Source: Acidimicrobiia bacterium (GTDB lineage Bacteria > Actinomycetota > Acidimicrobiia > IMCC26256 > JBBRZM01). From it: 64,000 nt of DNA. Positions 54,825 through 64,000 of this stretch are shown here, in pieces. How positions within the stretch are numbered: position 1 is the first letter of the stretch; every line of letters begins with the position of its first letter. The stretch is taken from assembly GCA_038236695.1 (NCBI GenBank), contig JBBRZM010000006.1, positions 22,167 through 86,166 of the forward strand. The letters are read 5' to 3'. Under the pieces are notes generated by a model that saw only the letters and a program-made list of their open reading frames with translations, had not been told where the DNA came from and ran no database searches. A program made the position numbers and the translations under genes.

Positions 54825-55153
54825 ATCTTTCGCTCGCTCTCTGCGGGCCGGGATACCCGGCCCGCGGCCGTTCGCTCGCTGGATGCCGGCGCTCGCTGCG
54901 CTCGCTTGCCGACGCGATCGTCTGCCTGCACTCACCAGTCTGGCAGGTGTGATCGGCACTTCCGGAGGTCGAATCGAGCCCTACGGTCCCGTTAACAGAG
55001 CGTTCACCTTGGGGCAATGGACGAGAAATTGCCGCTTGGGAGCCTGGCGACGGCAGCGGGTAATTGCGTTGGGATCGAACCGACGGTCGCGACGTAGGCT
55101 CCCGCAGTTCCGCGGCGGGTCCGCCCGGAGGTGACGAGGTGGAGGTAGACGCA

Positions 55154-56584
55154 GTGGCGACACCCAGCGACGTGCTGAAGATGATCAAGGACGGCGGCGT
55201 CGAGATCGTCGACGTGCGGTTCTGCGACCTTCCCGGCTTGATGCAGCACTTCTCCGTCCCCGCGCACGAGCTCACCGAGGAAGTCTTCGATGAGGGCCTC
55301 GGCTTCGACGGCTCGTCGATCCGCGGATTCCAGGAGATCCAGGAATCCGACATGCTCCTCATGCCCGATCCCGACACTGCGCTGATCGACCCGTTCCGCC
55401 AGCACGCGACGCTCAACATCAACGCGTTCGTGCGTGACCCCGTGACCGGCGAGGCGTACAGCCGCGACCCGCGCTACATCGCCAAGAAGGCCGAGGACTA
55501 TCTGCGTGGCACCGGCATCGCCGACACCGCGTACTTCGGTCCTGAGGCGGAGTTCTACATCTTCGACTCGGTGCGCTTCGACCAGAACCAGTTCTCGGGC
55601 TACTACTTCCTCGACTCCGTCGAAGGCGTGTGGAACTCCGGACGCGAGTTCGAGCTCGACGGCACCCCCAACCTCGCGTACAAGCCGCGGTACAAGGAGG
55701 GGTACTTCCCCGTCCCGCCGATGGACCAGTTCCAGGACCTGCGCTCCGAGATGGTGCGCGTTCTCGAAGAGGTCGGCATCGCCATCGAGGTGCAGCACCA
55801 CGAAGTCGGTACCGCCGGCCAGGCCGAGATCGACATGCGCTTCGACACACTGGCGACCATGGCCGACAAGCTCATGCTCTACAAGTACGTCGTGAAGAAT
55901 GTCGCGCGTGCCGCCGGTTTCTCCGTCACGTTCATGCCGAAGCCGATCTTCCAGGACAACGGCTCGGGCATGCACGTGCACCAGTCGCTGTGGAAGGGCG
56001 GTGAGCCGCTGTTCTTCGACGAGAAGGGTTACGCGGGACTCTCCGACATGGCGCGCTGGTACATCGGTGGGCTGTTGAAGCACGCGCGGGCGATCTGCGC
56101 GTTCACCAACCCGACCACCAACTCGTACAAGCGACTGGTGCCGGGTTACGAGGCGCCGGTCAACCTCGTGTACTCGCAGCGCAACCGGTCCGCGTCGGTG
56201 CGTATCCCGCTGTACTCGAAGAGCCCGAAGGCCAAACGACTCGAGTTCCGCTGTCCCGACCCGTCGTGCAACCCGTACCTCGCGTTCCCGGCGATGCTCA
56301 TGGCCGGCCTCGATGGCATCCAGAACCGCATCGAGCCACCGACGCCGCTCGACCGCGACCTCTATGACCTTCCTCCTGAGGAGCTCGCGCAAGTGCCGCA
56401 AGTGCCGGGCTCGCTCGACGAGGCACTCGAAGCGCTCGAGGCCGACCACGAGTTCCTGCTCGCCGGCGGCGTGTTCACGCCCGACGTGATCGACACGTGG
56501 CTCGCGTACAAGCGTGAAAACGAGATCGACGCCGTGCGCCTGCGCCCGCACCCGTGGGAGTTCTACCTCTACTACGACATCTAG
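55154..56584 (+). CDS. glnA: Glutamine synthetase type I (adenylylation-regulated)
   Basis: I start at GTG 55154 after GGAGG. It has [47 protein letters not shown] and the adenylylation-site context [11 protein letters not shown]. Confidence 0.9.
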   Translation: MATPSDVLKMIKDGGVEIVDVRFCDLPGLMQHFSVPAHELTEEVFDEGLGFDGSSIRGFQEIQESDMLLMPDPDTALIDPFRQHATLNINAFVRDPVTGEAYSRDPRYIAKKAEDYLRGTGIADTAYFGPEAEFYIFDSVRFDQNQFSGYYFLDSVEGVWNSGREFELDGTPNLAYKPRYKEGYFPVPPMDQFQDLRSEMVRVLEEVGIAIEVQHHEVGTAGQAEIDMRFDTLATMADKLMLYKYVVKNVARAAGFSVTFMPKPIFQDNGSGMHVHQSLWKGGEPLFFDEKGYAGLSDMARWYIGGLLKHARAICAFTNPTTNSYKRLVPGYEAPVNLVYSQRNRSASVRIPLYSKSPKAKRLEFRCPDPSCNPYLAFPAMLMAGLDGIQNRIEPPTPLDRDLYDLPPEELAQVPQVPGSLDEALEALEADHEFLLAGGVFTPDVIDTWLAYKRENEIDAVRLRPHPWEFYLYYDI

Positions 56585-57180
56585 GCCGCTGGTTCCTTCG
56601 AAGCGAGCAGGGCGAACGCCGCTGCCGGCTTGCTCCGGACGAATGGTTGCGTAACAAGCACTGCGATCTGGCCGATCGGCCCGGCTCGGAACCGTCCATA
56701 GTCGCCGCGGAGCTGTCGCGGGCCACCGAGGCCTGTGACTTGGTAGCCGAGTCGTTCGAGCTCGTCCGGCTCGAAGCCGCAGCGGTGTTCCTGCCAGGGC
56801 TCTTCAGGCGTGCCCGGCTGTGCCAGGTATCCGGATGGGGTGACCAACACGACCTTCTTTGCGACGCGCTCGAGCTCTTGGACCAGCTGTAAGGCATCGC
56901 TCTTCTCGAAGTGTTCGATCACGTCGAGCGCCACCGCGACGTCGAAGCTGCCGCGCCGATACGGCAGCTTGCGTATGTCGGCTTGGACGACACGTGTACG
57001 GCTTCCCGAATCTGCGGCGGCCTTCAGCGCCGGACGATAGATGTCGACCCCGTCTGCGCCTGCAAGTGCCTCACTGCCGCGCCCATCCGAGCAGCCCACG
57101 TCCAGGACACGTCCCGACAGGCGACGGAGCGTGCGGTCGGCGCTGAAAAGCCAGTAATACGCGGCGCGGCGAAAACTCAT
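56581..57180 (-). CDS. Class I SAM-dependent methyltransferase
   Basis: 199-aa ORF with motif [12 protein letters not shown] and post-I and motif II-like segments. Confidence 0.65.
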   Translation of the reverse strand: MSFRRAAYYWLFSADRTLRRLSGRVLDVGCSDGRGSEALAGADGVDIYRPALKAAADSGSRTRVVQADIRKLPYRRGSFDVAVALDVIEHFEKSDALQLVQELERVAKKVVLVTPSGYLAQPGTPEEPWQEHRCGFEPDELERLGYQVTGLGGPRQLRGDYGRFRAGPIGQIAVLVTQPFVRSKPAAAFALLASKEPAA

Positions 57181-57222
57181 TCACCGTGAGGCTAGGCGGC
57201 CGCGCGGCGGCACGGCGCGGGA

Positions 57223-58185
57223 CTAGCCGGCGACGGGGTTCCCGTTGGGGAACGTGATGGGAAGTGAGAACATCTTGCGGCTTCCGCCGGCGTCGTAGCC
57301 GATGTTCGGCCAGGTCCACGCGTGGAACGTCATGACCAGCGCGCCGAATGGCGGTACGAACGCAAACGACGACCCGCCGGGTCCCTGCATGAAGCCGCGC
57401 GACGCGACGACCGGTCCGTCGTAAACCGCATGACATGGTCCGAGCGGACCGTTGCACTGTTGTACGCCGACCGCGTAGCGGTCCGTGTACCACTCGTTGC
57501 CCGAGTAGAACAGCCAATAGCCGCCCAGCGTGACGAGCATGTTCGGGTTCTCTGCGTTCCAACCTTCCCAGCCGCGCTGCGGCACCATCAAGCGAGTTGC
57601 GGTCGACCAGTCGATCGAGCGCGCGTCGGCGGAGAGCCGGGCGCTCCAGATGCCGTTGGGTTCGACACCGTCGTCGGTGTGTTTCCAGGTGACGTAGCGC
57701 GCGCCATCGAGTCCGGTGTACAGGTCCGGATCGATCGAGTCGGTGGGGCCACAGATGAGCGGCACGTTGCTGCTATCGACGAACGGCCCCTCCGGGTTGG
57801 CGCTCACGGCGCTCGTGATGCACGACCTCCCGTTCGCGCTGTAGCCCGTCGTGTACCACATGACGAAGTGGTCGCCGATCTGGATGACCGTGGGCGCCCA
57901 GGACCCGTCGAACGACCACCACGGCCGGCTCGGGAGCGCGTCGCCGAGGACGTGCCAGTGCACCAGGTCGCTCGAGACTGCAACCGGGATATGCCCGTGA
58001 CCGTTGGCGGTCGAGTACGAGTAATAGTGACCACGAGCGGCGAGGAGCGAGGAGTCGGGCCAGTTCTCGTTGATGCTAGGGAGCGGTGACGCGCCACCCT
58101 GTACCGGTGCGGCCGCGAGGCCGCAGCCAGCCGACAGCAGCGCCATGCTTGCGAGGAGGAGGGCGAGCGGACGCAAGCGGGGCAC
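57223..58185 (-). CDS. Secreted lipoprotein, glycoside hydrolase family 43-like five-bladed propeller
   Basis: 320-aa ORF with signal plus lipobox LLSAGC. It has HYYSYST, SWAPTVIQIGDHFVMWY, PEGPFVD, IDPDLYTGLDGARYVTWK and ENPNMLVTLGGYWLFYSGN. Confidence 0.6.
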   Translation of the reverse strand: MPRLRPLALLLASMALLSAGCGLAAAPVQGGASPLPSINENWPDSSLLAARGHYYSYSTANGHGHIPVAVSSDLVHWHVLGDALPSRPWWSFDGSWAPTVIQIGDHFVMWYTTGYSANGRSCITSAVSANPEGPFVDSSNVPLICGPTDSIDPDLYTGLDGARYVTWKHTDDGVEPNGIWSARLSADARSIDWSTATRLMVPQRGWEGWNAENPNMLVTLGGYWLFYSGNEWYTDRYAVGVQQCNGPLGPCHAVYDGPVVASRGFMQGPGGSSFAFVPPFGALVMTFHAWTWPNIGYDAGGSRKMFSLPITFPNGNPVAG

Positions 58186-58233
58186 CGATTCTGTATCGAC
58201 GCGCGAGGCGCCGCGCTTGACGGGAAGTCTCGG

Positions 58234-61041
58234 CTATTCGTCCGCGCCGTAGAACACGCGTTCCACCACGCGCCGAGCGCGGCGAGTGACCCGCCTGTAG
58301 TCGTCGCGCAGGGTCGCCTGCGGTCGATGCACGTAACCCAAGAGGCGCGCGAGCCGCTCGGCATCGTCGCCACCGGGAAGCGCGTCGCCCGGTGAACCGA
58401 GCAGCAGGTAGCGAGCATTGCGCGCTCGTTCGCAGAACCGGTACGCCTCCTCGAGCGCGCTCGCGTCCTCGCTGTCGAGCAACGCGGCGTCACGTAACGC
58501 ACGCAGCGCCCGCATCGTCGACGCGGCGCGCAACTCGGGGTGCGCATGGCCGTGCTCGAGCTGGAGCAGTTGCACGGTGAACTCCACATCGGAAAGCGAG
58601 CCGCGCCCGAGCTTCAAGTGAAACTGCGGGTCTTCGCCGGGAGGGATGCGCTCGCGCTCGATTCGTGCCTTCATGCGCCGCACTTCGCGCACCTCGTCGC
58701 CGGGGAACGGGTCGCGGTACACGAACGGCTCGATCAACGTGCAGAACCGCTCCCCGAGCTCGGGATCGCCGGCTACGGGCCGCGCCTTGAGCAACGCTTG
58801 GAACTCCCACGTCAACGCCCACCGCTCGTAGTACGTGCGGTACCCGTCGAGCGAACGCGCGAGCGGTCCCTGCTTGCCTTCGGGACGGAGGTTGGGATCG
58901 ATCCGGAATGTCTGTCCCTCCGCCGTGGTCGCGCCGATCTCGCGCATCAAGTCGGTCGCGGTGCGCTCAGCCGCGTCGAACGCTTCGGCGCCGTCACCTT
59001 CGTACACGAACAACACGTCGATATCGGAGGCGAACGAGAGCTCGCCGCCACCGAGGCGGCCCATGCCGATCACCGCGAAGGGGAGCCGCGGCTGCAAGCT
59101 CTGCAGTGCGACCTCGAGGCACGCATCGGCGAGCGCGGCGAGCTCGCGCTCGGTGGCTTCGATGTCGGCGAAACCGAGGACGTCGCGCGCCGCAACGCGC
59201 AACAGCTCGCGGCGCTTGAAGCGACGGAGTCCTTCTCGACGCGCGTCGGTGCCGGCTCGCCACGTCAGCGTGCTCGAAGCCTCCTCGACGAGCTCGTCGC
59301 GCGATTTCTCGTGCGCGAGCATCTCGTCGTCGGAGAGCGCGTCGACGAAGTCGGGCTGCCGGCGCAGCGCGTCGCCGAGGAGCCGGCTTGCACCCAGTAG
59401 ACGACACGTTCTCTCAGCCGCGCCCGGTGACTCGCGAAATGTCGTCGCAAGCGCAGCCGAGCGCGCCGGACCTTCTGCGAGCCGCCGGAGCTGGAGCAGG
59501 CCGAGGTCGGGGTCGGGCGTCGTCGACAGCCACTCGAGAATGACCGGCAAGAGCTGCTGCATGAGCTTGGAACGGCGCGTCAGGCCCTGCGTGAGCTCGC
59601 GCAGCGCATCGCGGGTGCGCGTCACATCGACAAACCCGAACGCGGCCAGCCGCTCCTCGACCGCTTCTTCAGGGAGTGCTCCTGCGCCCGCGAGCGTGTC
59701 GAGCAGCGGTGCGAAGAACAGCCGTTCGTGAATGGAGCGCACCAGCGCCTGGTTCGCGCGGGCGGCCTCGTCGAACTGCTCGAGCGCGGTGCTGTCGCGG
59801 CGATCCCGGTATCCGAGCGTTCGGGCAAGGCGGGTGCGCGTCGCGACGTCGGACGGCACGGTGTGGGTTTGCTGCTCGTCATGCAGCTGGAGGCGATGTT
59901 CGACGGTACGGAGGAACTGGTACGAGCGGTCGAGTCGCGCTGCGTCGGCCGACTCGACGTAACCCGCCGCCGCGAGTTGACCGAGCGCTTCGAGCGTGTT
60001 GCGCGACCGCACTGCCGGGTCGTGGCGGCCGTGCACGAGTTGCAGCAACTGCACTGCGAACTCGATGTCGCGGATCCCGCCCCGGCCGCGCTTCAACTCG
60101 CGTTCGGTCAAGCCCTTCTTGCGTGTCTCCCGCTCCGCGCGAGCCTTCATGGCGCGAACCTCGCGCACGGCGTCGGGGTCGAGCGCGTCCGGCCAGACAT
60201 GGGGCGCGACCAGCACGAGGAACCGGTCGGCGAGGTTCGCGTCGCCGCCGACGGGCCGCGCCTTCAGGAGCGCCTGGAACTCCCACGTCTGAGCCCACCG
60301 GTCGTAGTACGCGCCGTAGCTGTCGAGACTGCGGCTGAGCGGCCCGGCGCGTCCCTCGGGACGCAAGTTGGCGTCGGTACGAAAGACGATCCCGTCAGCC
60401 GTCGGCTCGGTCATCACGCCGAGAACGGTGCGGGCCGCGCGCTCGGCCGCCTCCGCGTCTCCTTCGTGCACGAAGAGCACGTCGACGTCGCTCGCGTAGT
60501 TGAGCTCCGAGCCGCCGAGCTTGCCCATCCCGATAACGGCGAACGGTAGGTCGGGCGCGGCAAGGCCGACCGCGCGCTCGAGACATGCCTGTGCCAGTGC
60601 GGCGAGCTCACGACCGACCGGGGGAAGGTCGGCAACGGTCAAGAGGTCGCGCGCCGCGATGCGCAGCAGCTCGCGCCGCTTCCAACGCCGGAGTGCGCGC
60701 CGGGCGTCGGCGGAGTCGTGGTCGTTCGGTACCGTGACGATCGACGCGGCGCGATATTCGTCGAGCGACTGCTCGTGCCGGAACTTGGTCTCGTCGCGCA
60801 GCGGGGTGACGAGCTCGGCGTCGGCGACGATGGCAGCAGCGAGCGAACGCGACACCGCGGTGATGGCGATCAGGCCGTCGCGCAACAGCGGTTCTGCGAC
60901 GAGTGGCTCCGCCAGCTCGGGTTGCGCTTCCAGGATGCGACCCAGCGCGCTACGGGCTGTGACCGCGTCTGCGGACGCGTCGAGCGCAGCGACCACCTGC
61001 GGTGTGCGCAGCACCGCCGAGGGATCCCGAAGTCCAACCAC
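58234..61041 (-). CDS. glnE: Bifunctional glutamine synthetase adenylyltransferase / adenylyl-removing enzyme
   Basis: 935-aa ORF with two nucleotidyltransferase repeats (GMGKLGGSELNYASDVDVLFV and GMGRLGGGELSFASDIDVLFV), each followed by the GlnE helical domain. Confidence 0.9.
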   Translation of the reverse strand: MVGLRDPSAVLRTPQVVAALDASADAVTARSALGRILEAQPELAEPLVAEPLLRDGLIAITAVSRSLAAAIVADAELVTPLRDETKFRHEQSLDEYRAASIVTVPNDHDSADARRALRRWKRRELLRIAARDLLTVADLPPVGRELAALAQACLERAVGLAAPDLPFAVIGMGKLGGSELNYASDVDVLFVHEGDAEAAERAARTVLGVMTEPTADGIVFRTDANLRPEGRAGPLSRSLDSYGAYYDRWAQTWEFQALLKARPVGGDANLADRFLVLVAPHVWPDALDPDAVREVRAMKARAERETRKKGLTERELKRGRGGIRDIEFAVQLLQLVHGRHDPAVRSRNTLEALGQLAAAGYVESADAARLDRSYQFLRTVEHRLQLHDEQQTHTVPSDVATRTRLARTLGYRDRRDSTALEQFDEAARANQALVRSIHERLFFAPLLDTLAGAGALPEEAVEERLAAFGFVDVTRTRDALRELTQGLTRRSKLMQQLLPVILEWLSTTPDPDLGLLQLRRLAEGPARSAALATTFRESPGAAERTCRLLGASRLLGDALRRQPDFVDALSDDEMLAHEKSRDELVEEASSTLTWRAGTDARREGLRRFKRRELLRVAARDVLGFADIEATERELAALADACLEVALQSLQPRLPFAVIGMGRLGGGELSFASDIDVLFVYEGDGAEAFDAAERTATDLMREIGATTAEGQTFRIDPNLRPEGKQGPLARSLDGYRTYYERWALTWEFQALLKARPVAGDPELGERFCTLIEPFVYRDPFPGDEVREVRRMKARIERERIPPGEDPQFHLKLGRGSLSDVEFTVQLLQLEHGHAHPELRAASTMRALRALRDAALLDSEDASALEEAYRFCERARNARYLLLGSPGDALPGGDDAERLARLLGYVHRPQATLRDDYRRVTRRARRVVERVFYGADE

Positions 61042-61131
61042 GGCGGAAGTGTCGCACGACTCCTACATGAGCCCACGCGATTTGTGACATCTCATGTCGA
61101 GCGGACGGGACCGAAGAAATAAGCTGTAACC

Positions 61132-62853
61132 ATGCCTCGGCTCCGTGTCGCAGCCGCGCAACTGAACCTTGTCGTCGGCGATCTCGAAGGCAATGCCGCG
61201 CGGATCCTCGCGACCTACCAGCGCGCCGATGAAGCTGAGTGCGATCTGGTGGCGTTCCCCGAGCTCGCCGTCTGCGGCTACCCACCCGAAGATCTGCTGC
61301 TGCGGCCGTCGTTCGTCGAGCAGTGCAACGAGACGCTCGAGAAGCTCGCGGCGCGGACCGGGCGAGCGGTCGCGGTGATCGGTTTCCCCGAGGCCGGGCC
61401 CCAGCTCTTCAATGCCGCGGCCGCGTGCGCTGACGGTCGCGTGCTCGGCGTGTACCGCAAGCACCTCCTCCCCAACTACGCAGTGTTCGATGAGCAGCGG
61501 TACTTCGCGCCATCGACCGTCGATGGGCCCGTGTTCGTCATCGGCGGTGCACGCGTCGCCCTGTCGATCTGCGAGGACGCGTGGAGCCCGACCGGACCGA
61601 TCATCACCCAGGCGGCTGCGGGCGCCGAGCTGGTCGTCAATATCAACGCGTCGCCGTACTACGCCGGGCGGGTACGCGAGCGCGAACGGATGCTGGCAAC
61701 GCGAGCTGCCGACGCCGGAGTCCCGCTCCTCTACGTCAACCTCGTCGGCGGCCAGGACGAGCTGGTCTTCGACGGCGCGTCGGTGGTGTTCGACGGAGAT
61801 GGCCAATTGCTCGCCCGGGCGGTCGAGTTCGCGGAAGACCTGCTCATCGTCGACCTCGAGGTACCGGCTGCGTCACGGCGTCGACTGCGGGAGCCGCGTG
61901 CGATCAGCGTCGCTCCGCTTCCCGAAGTGAAGGTGAGCGACGCGCACCTCGGCGAGCGGCTCGCGAGTCCCGGGATCGAGCCGCTGCTCCCGCCGGTACG
62001 CGAGGTGTACGAGGCGCTCGTGTTGGGGACGCGCGATTACGTCCACAAGAACGGCTTCAGCGATGTGCTGCTCGGGCTCTCGGGTGGTATCGACTCGTCG
62101 TTGGTGGCCGCGATCGCGGCCGACGCGCTCGGTCCCGATCATGTCACCGGCGTCCTCATGCCGTCGCGGTTCTCGAGCGAGAGCAGCATCCGCGATGCCG
62201 AGCGTCTGGCTGCGAATCTCGGCATCCGCACTCTGACGATCCCGATCGAGGCGGGGCATGCGGCGTTGCTCGACATGCTGGCGGATTCGTTCGCCGCGTT
62301 CGGCGAGCATGAGACCGTGTCGGGAGTCGCGGAGGAAAATCTTCAGGCACGGGTGCGAGGCACGATTCTCATGAGCTTGTCCAACAAGTTCTGGTGGATG
62401 GTGCTCACCACCGGCAACAAGAGTGAGCTGGCGACCGGCTACTCCACGCTCTACGGCGACATGGCCGGCGGGTTCGCCGTGATCAAAGACGTGCCCAAGA
62501 TGCTCGTCTATGCACTGGCGCGCGACCGCAACGAACGAGCAGGACGCGAGATCATTCCGGAGTCGGTGCTCGAGAAGCCGCCCAGCGCGGAGCTGCGCCC
62601 CGACCAGCGCGACAGCGACTCGTTGCCTGATTACGCCGTGCTCGATCCCATCCTCGCGGGGTACGTCGAGGGCGACCTTTCGGTGGCCGAGCTGGTCGAC
62701 GAGGGCCACGACCCCGACACCGTTCGCCGGGTGGCTGCCATGGTCGACCACAACGAGTACAAGCGCCGTCAGTCGGCACCGGGTATCCGCGTCTCGCCGA
62801 AGGCATTCGGCAAGGACCGCCGGCTGCCGATCACCAACAGCTGGCCCGGCTGA
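61132..62853 (+). CDS. nadE: Glutamine-dependent NAD+ synthetase
   Basis: 573-aa ORF. The N-terminal CN-hydrolase domain has LVAFPEL and the Cys in SICEDAW. The C-terminal PP-loop is LGLSGGIDSS. Confidence 0.9.
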   Translation: MPRLRVAAAQLNLVVGDLEGNAARILATYQRADEAECDLVAFPELAVCGYPPEDLLLRPSFVEQCNETLEKLAARTGRAVAVIGFPEAGPQLFNAAAACADGRVLGVYRKHLLPNYAVFDEQRYFAPSTVDGPVFVIGGARVALSICEDAWSPTGPIITQAAAGAELVVNINASPYYAGRVRERERMLATRAADAGVPLLYVNLVGGQDELVFDGASVVFDGDGQLLARAVEFAEDLLIVDLEVPAASRRRLREPRAISVAPLPEVKVSDAHLGERLASPGIEPLLPPVREVYEALVLGTRDYVHKNGFSDVLLGLSGGIDSSLVAAIAADALGPDHVTGVLMPSRFSSESSIRDAERLAANLGIRTLTIPIEAGHAALLDMLADSFAAFGEHETVSGVAEENLQARVRGTILMSLSNKFWWMVLTTGNKSELATGYSTLYGDMAGGFAVIKDVPKMLVYALARDRNERAGREIIPESVLEKPPSAELRPDQRDSDSLPDYAVLDPILAGYVEGDLSVAELVDEGHDPDTVRRVAAMVDHNEYKRRQSAPGIRVSPKAFGKDRRLPITNSWPG

Positions 62854-62879
62854 CGCGCGCGTCAGTTGCGGCCCTCCTC

Positions 62880-63794
62880 GTGAACGCGGCGCGTCTTCCG
62901 CTTGCTGAGCGTCGCTTCGCGCCTGAAGGCGCGTTGGTGCTGGCGGCGTTGTTCTTCGGCTCGACCTTCGTGCTCGTCCAAGACGCGGTGAAAGACGTCA
63001 CCCCGATGGCCTATCTACTGCTGCGCTTCGGGATCGCCACTGTTGCGCTGGCGCCGTTTGCAGTGCGCGCTGCCCGCCGTGATGCCATCGATCGACGACT
63101 GCTCGCGCGCGTTGGCGCGCTCGCCGGGGTTCTGCTCTTCGTCGGTTATGCGTTGCAGACCGTCGGTTTGCAGTACACCTCGGCGTCGAGCTCTGCATTC
63201 ATCACCGGCCTCTACGTCGTCTTCACACCAGTGGTCGAAGCAGTCGTGCGTCGACGCCTTCCGCCGCGCGGCATGCTGCTGGGCATCGTCGTCGCGACGA
63301 TCGGGCTCTACTTGTTGATCGGCGCGCGCATCGAGCTCGGCAAGGGTGAAGCGCTGGAGCTCGGCTGCGCGGCGGTGTTCGCGGTCTGGATCGTCCTCCA
63401 GGGCGCGTACGTCAACCGGCTCGGTGCGATTCCCCTGACCGGCGTGCAGCTCGCCGTCGTCACCGTGATCGCGATGCCGGCGACCGGTGCCGCGGGGTTC
63501 GGCACGCTCACCGCGCTCGCGTTGTTCGCGGCCGCGTTCACCGGGATCGCGTGCTCGTCGGTCGGACTGAGCCTGCAGCTCTTCGCCCAACGACGCCTGA
63601 GCCCGAGTCAGACCGCGCTCATCCTCTTGTTCGAGCCGGTGTTCGGCGGCCTCTTCGGTTACTTCGCCGGCGAGCGGCTCGGCGCGCTGCGGCTCTTCGG
63701 CGCCGCGGTGATCCTCGCCGGCATCGCGATATCGGAGCTCACCCTCGTCGCCCGCTCGAAGCCGGCCAAGCCGGTGACATCGGCTCCGCATTGA
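62880..63794 (+). CDS. DMT-superfamily (EamA-type) transporter
   Basis: 304-aa ORF with a GTG start. It has ten hydrophobic segments arranged as two EamA repeats. Confidence 0.75.
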   Translation: MNAARLPLAERRFAPEGALVLAALFFGSTFVLVQDAVKDVTPMAYLLLRFGIATVALAPFAVRAARRDAIDRRLLARVGALAGVLLFVGYALQTVGLQYTSASSSAFITGLYVVFTPVVEAVVRRRLPPRGMLLGIVVATIGLYLLIGARIELGKGEALELGCAAVFAVWIVLQGAYVNRLGAIPLTGVQLAVVTVIAMPATGAAGFGTLTALALFAAAFTGIACSSVGLSLQLFAQRRLSPSQTALILLFEPVFGGLFGYFAGERLGALRLFGAAVILAGIAISELTLVARSKPAKPVTSAPH

Positions 63795-63888
63795 CCACCC
63801 GTGCGAGCTGATCACAGGCCATGGGGCACAGGGTGCGCACGCCAACACGTTGCGCGACTGGCCCCGAGGCGCTGATTTGGACGGAGAC

Positions 63889-63908
63889 CCGGTCCGTCGC
63901 CGGACCGG
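63889..63908 (+). terminator. GC-rich hairpin (8-bp stem CCGGTCCG/CGGACCGG, 4-nt loop) downstream of the EamA gene
   Basis: Read directly. It lies 95 nt after the stop and has no U-tract, so the function is uncertain. Confidence 0.2.
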
Positions 63909-64000
63909 TCCCAAGGCGCCGGCCACCGGATTCGCCGCCCGCAAAGAAACGCAAGTCCGGTGGACGTTTACCTTGACGAAGCCGGTATCCTGAATTGCAA

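Overview
This is a very GC-rich, densely coding chromosomal segment. By eye, third codon positions are almost all G/C. The gene content points to an actinobacterium (Actinomycetota): WhiB, a GlnR-like orphan regulator, GlnA1/GlnA2/GlnE, an ArsA/Get3-like ATPase pair, F420-type enzymes, and the dnaX-ybaB-recR and ask-asd blocks. I cannot place it more precisely from sequence alone.

I call 62 protein-coding genes (one partial at the left edge), one decayed gene remnant, three tRNAs (Ser-CGA, Ser-GGA, Pro-CGG) and the SRP RNA. I saw no transposase, integrase, phage, CRISPR or toxin-antitoxin signature. The many long antisense or alternative-frame ORFs in the track are ordinary high-GC artefacts.

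Module order:
- 1-5.9 kb: accessory small proteins, an Nramp transporter and metF.
- 6.0-7.3 kb: SRP RNA, tRNA-Ser, PPOX-like gene, tadA and tRNA-Ser, all on the minus strand.
- 7.5-10.3 kb: dnaX-ybaB-recR.
- 10.4-12.8 kb: metY-metX.
- 12.9-21.6 kb: a block of 11 uncharacterised membrane or AAA+ genes. These are DUF4234 x2, RDD x2, DUF2752, SpoIIM-like, DUF58, MoxR, DUF4350, DUF4129 and a polytopic membrane protein.
- 21.7-33.6 kb: a partial ethylmalonyl-CoA-type cluster (thiolase, ccr, epimerase, pccB, accE, ecm/meaA, hbd) with embedded non-pathway genes.
- 34.4-37.7 kb: cyclophilin, ask-asd and tRNA-Pro.
- 37.8-42.2 kb: receiver, ArsA-like pair, NfeD and WhiB.
- 42.2-45.4 kb: selB-selA.
- 46.5-48.9 kb: Fe-S carrier genes around an ArsR-type regulator.
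- 50-52.6 kb: Tat lipoprotein and a fused 2Fe-2S/compact molybdopterin-hydroxylase-like protein.
- 52.8-62.9 kb: nitrogen block (glnR, glnA2, glnA, glnE, nadE).

The best candidate for an undescribed system is the translationally coupled MoxR/DUF58/DUF4350/DUF4129/membrane operon with its SpoIIM-like and RDD partners (14.9-21.6 kb). All family assignments are by-eye motif recognition and need profile searches to confirm.
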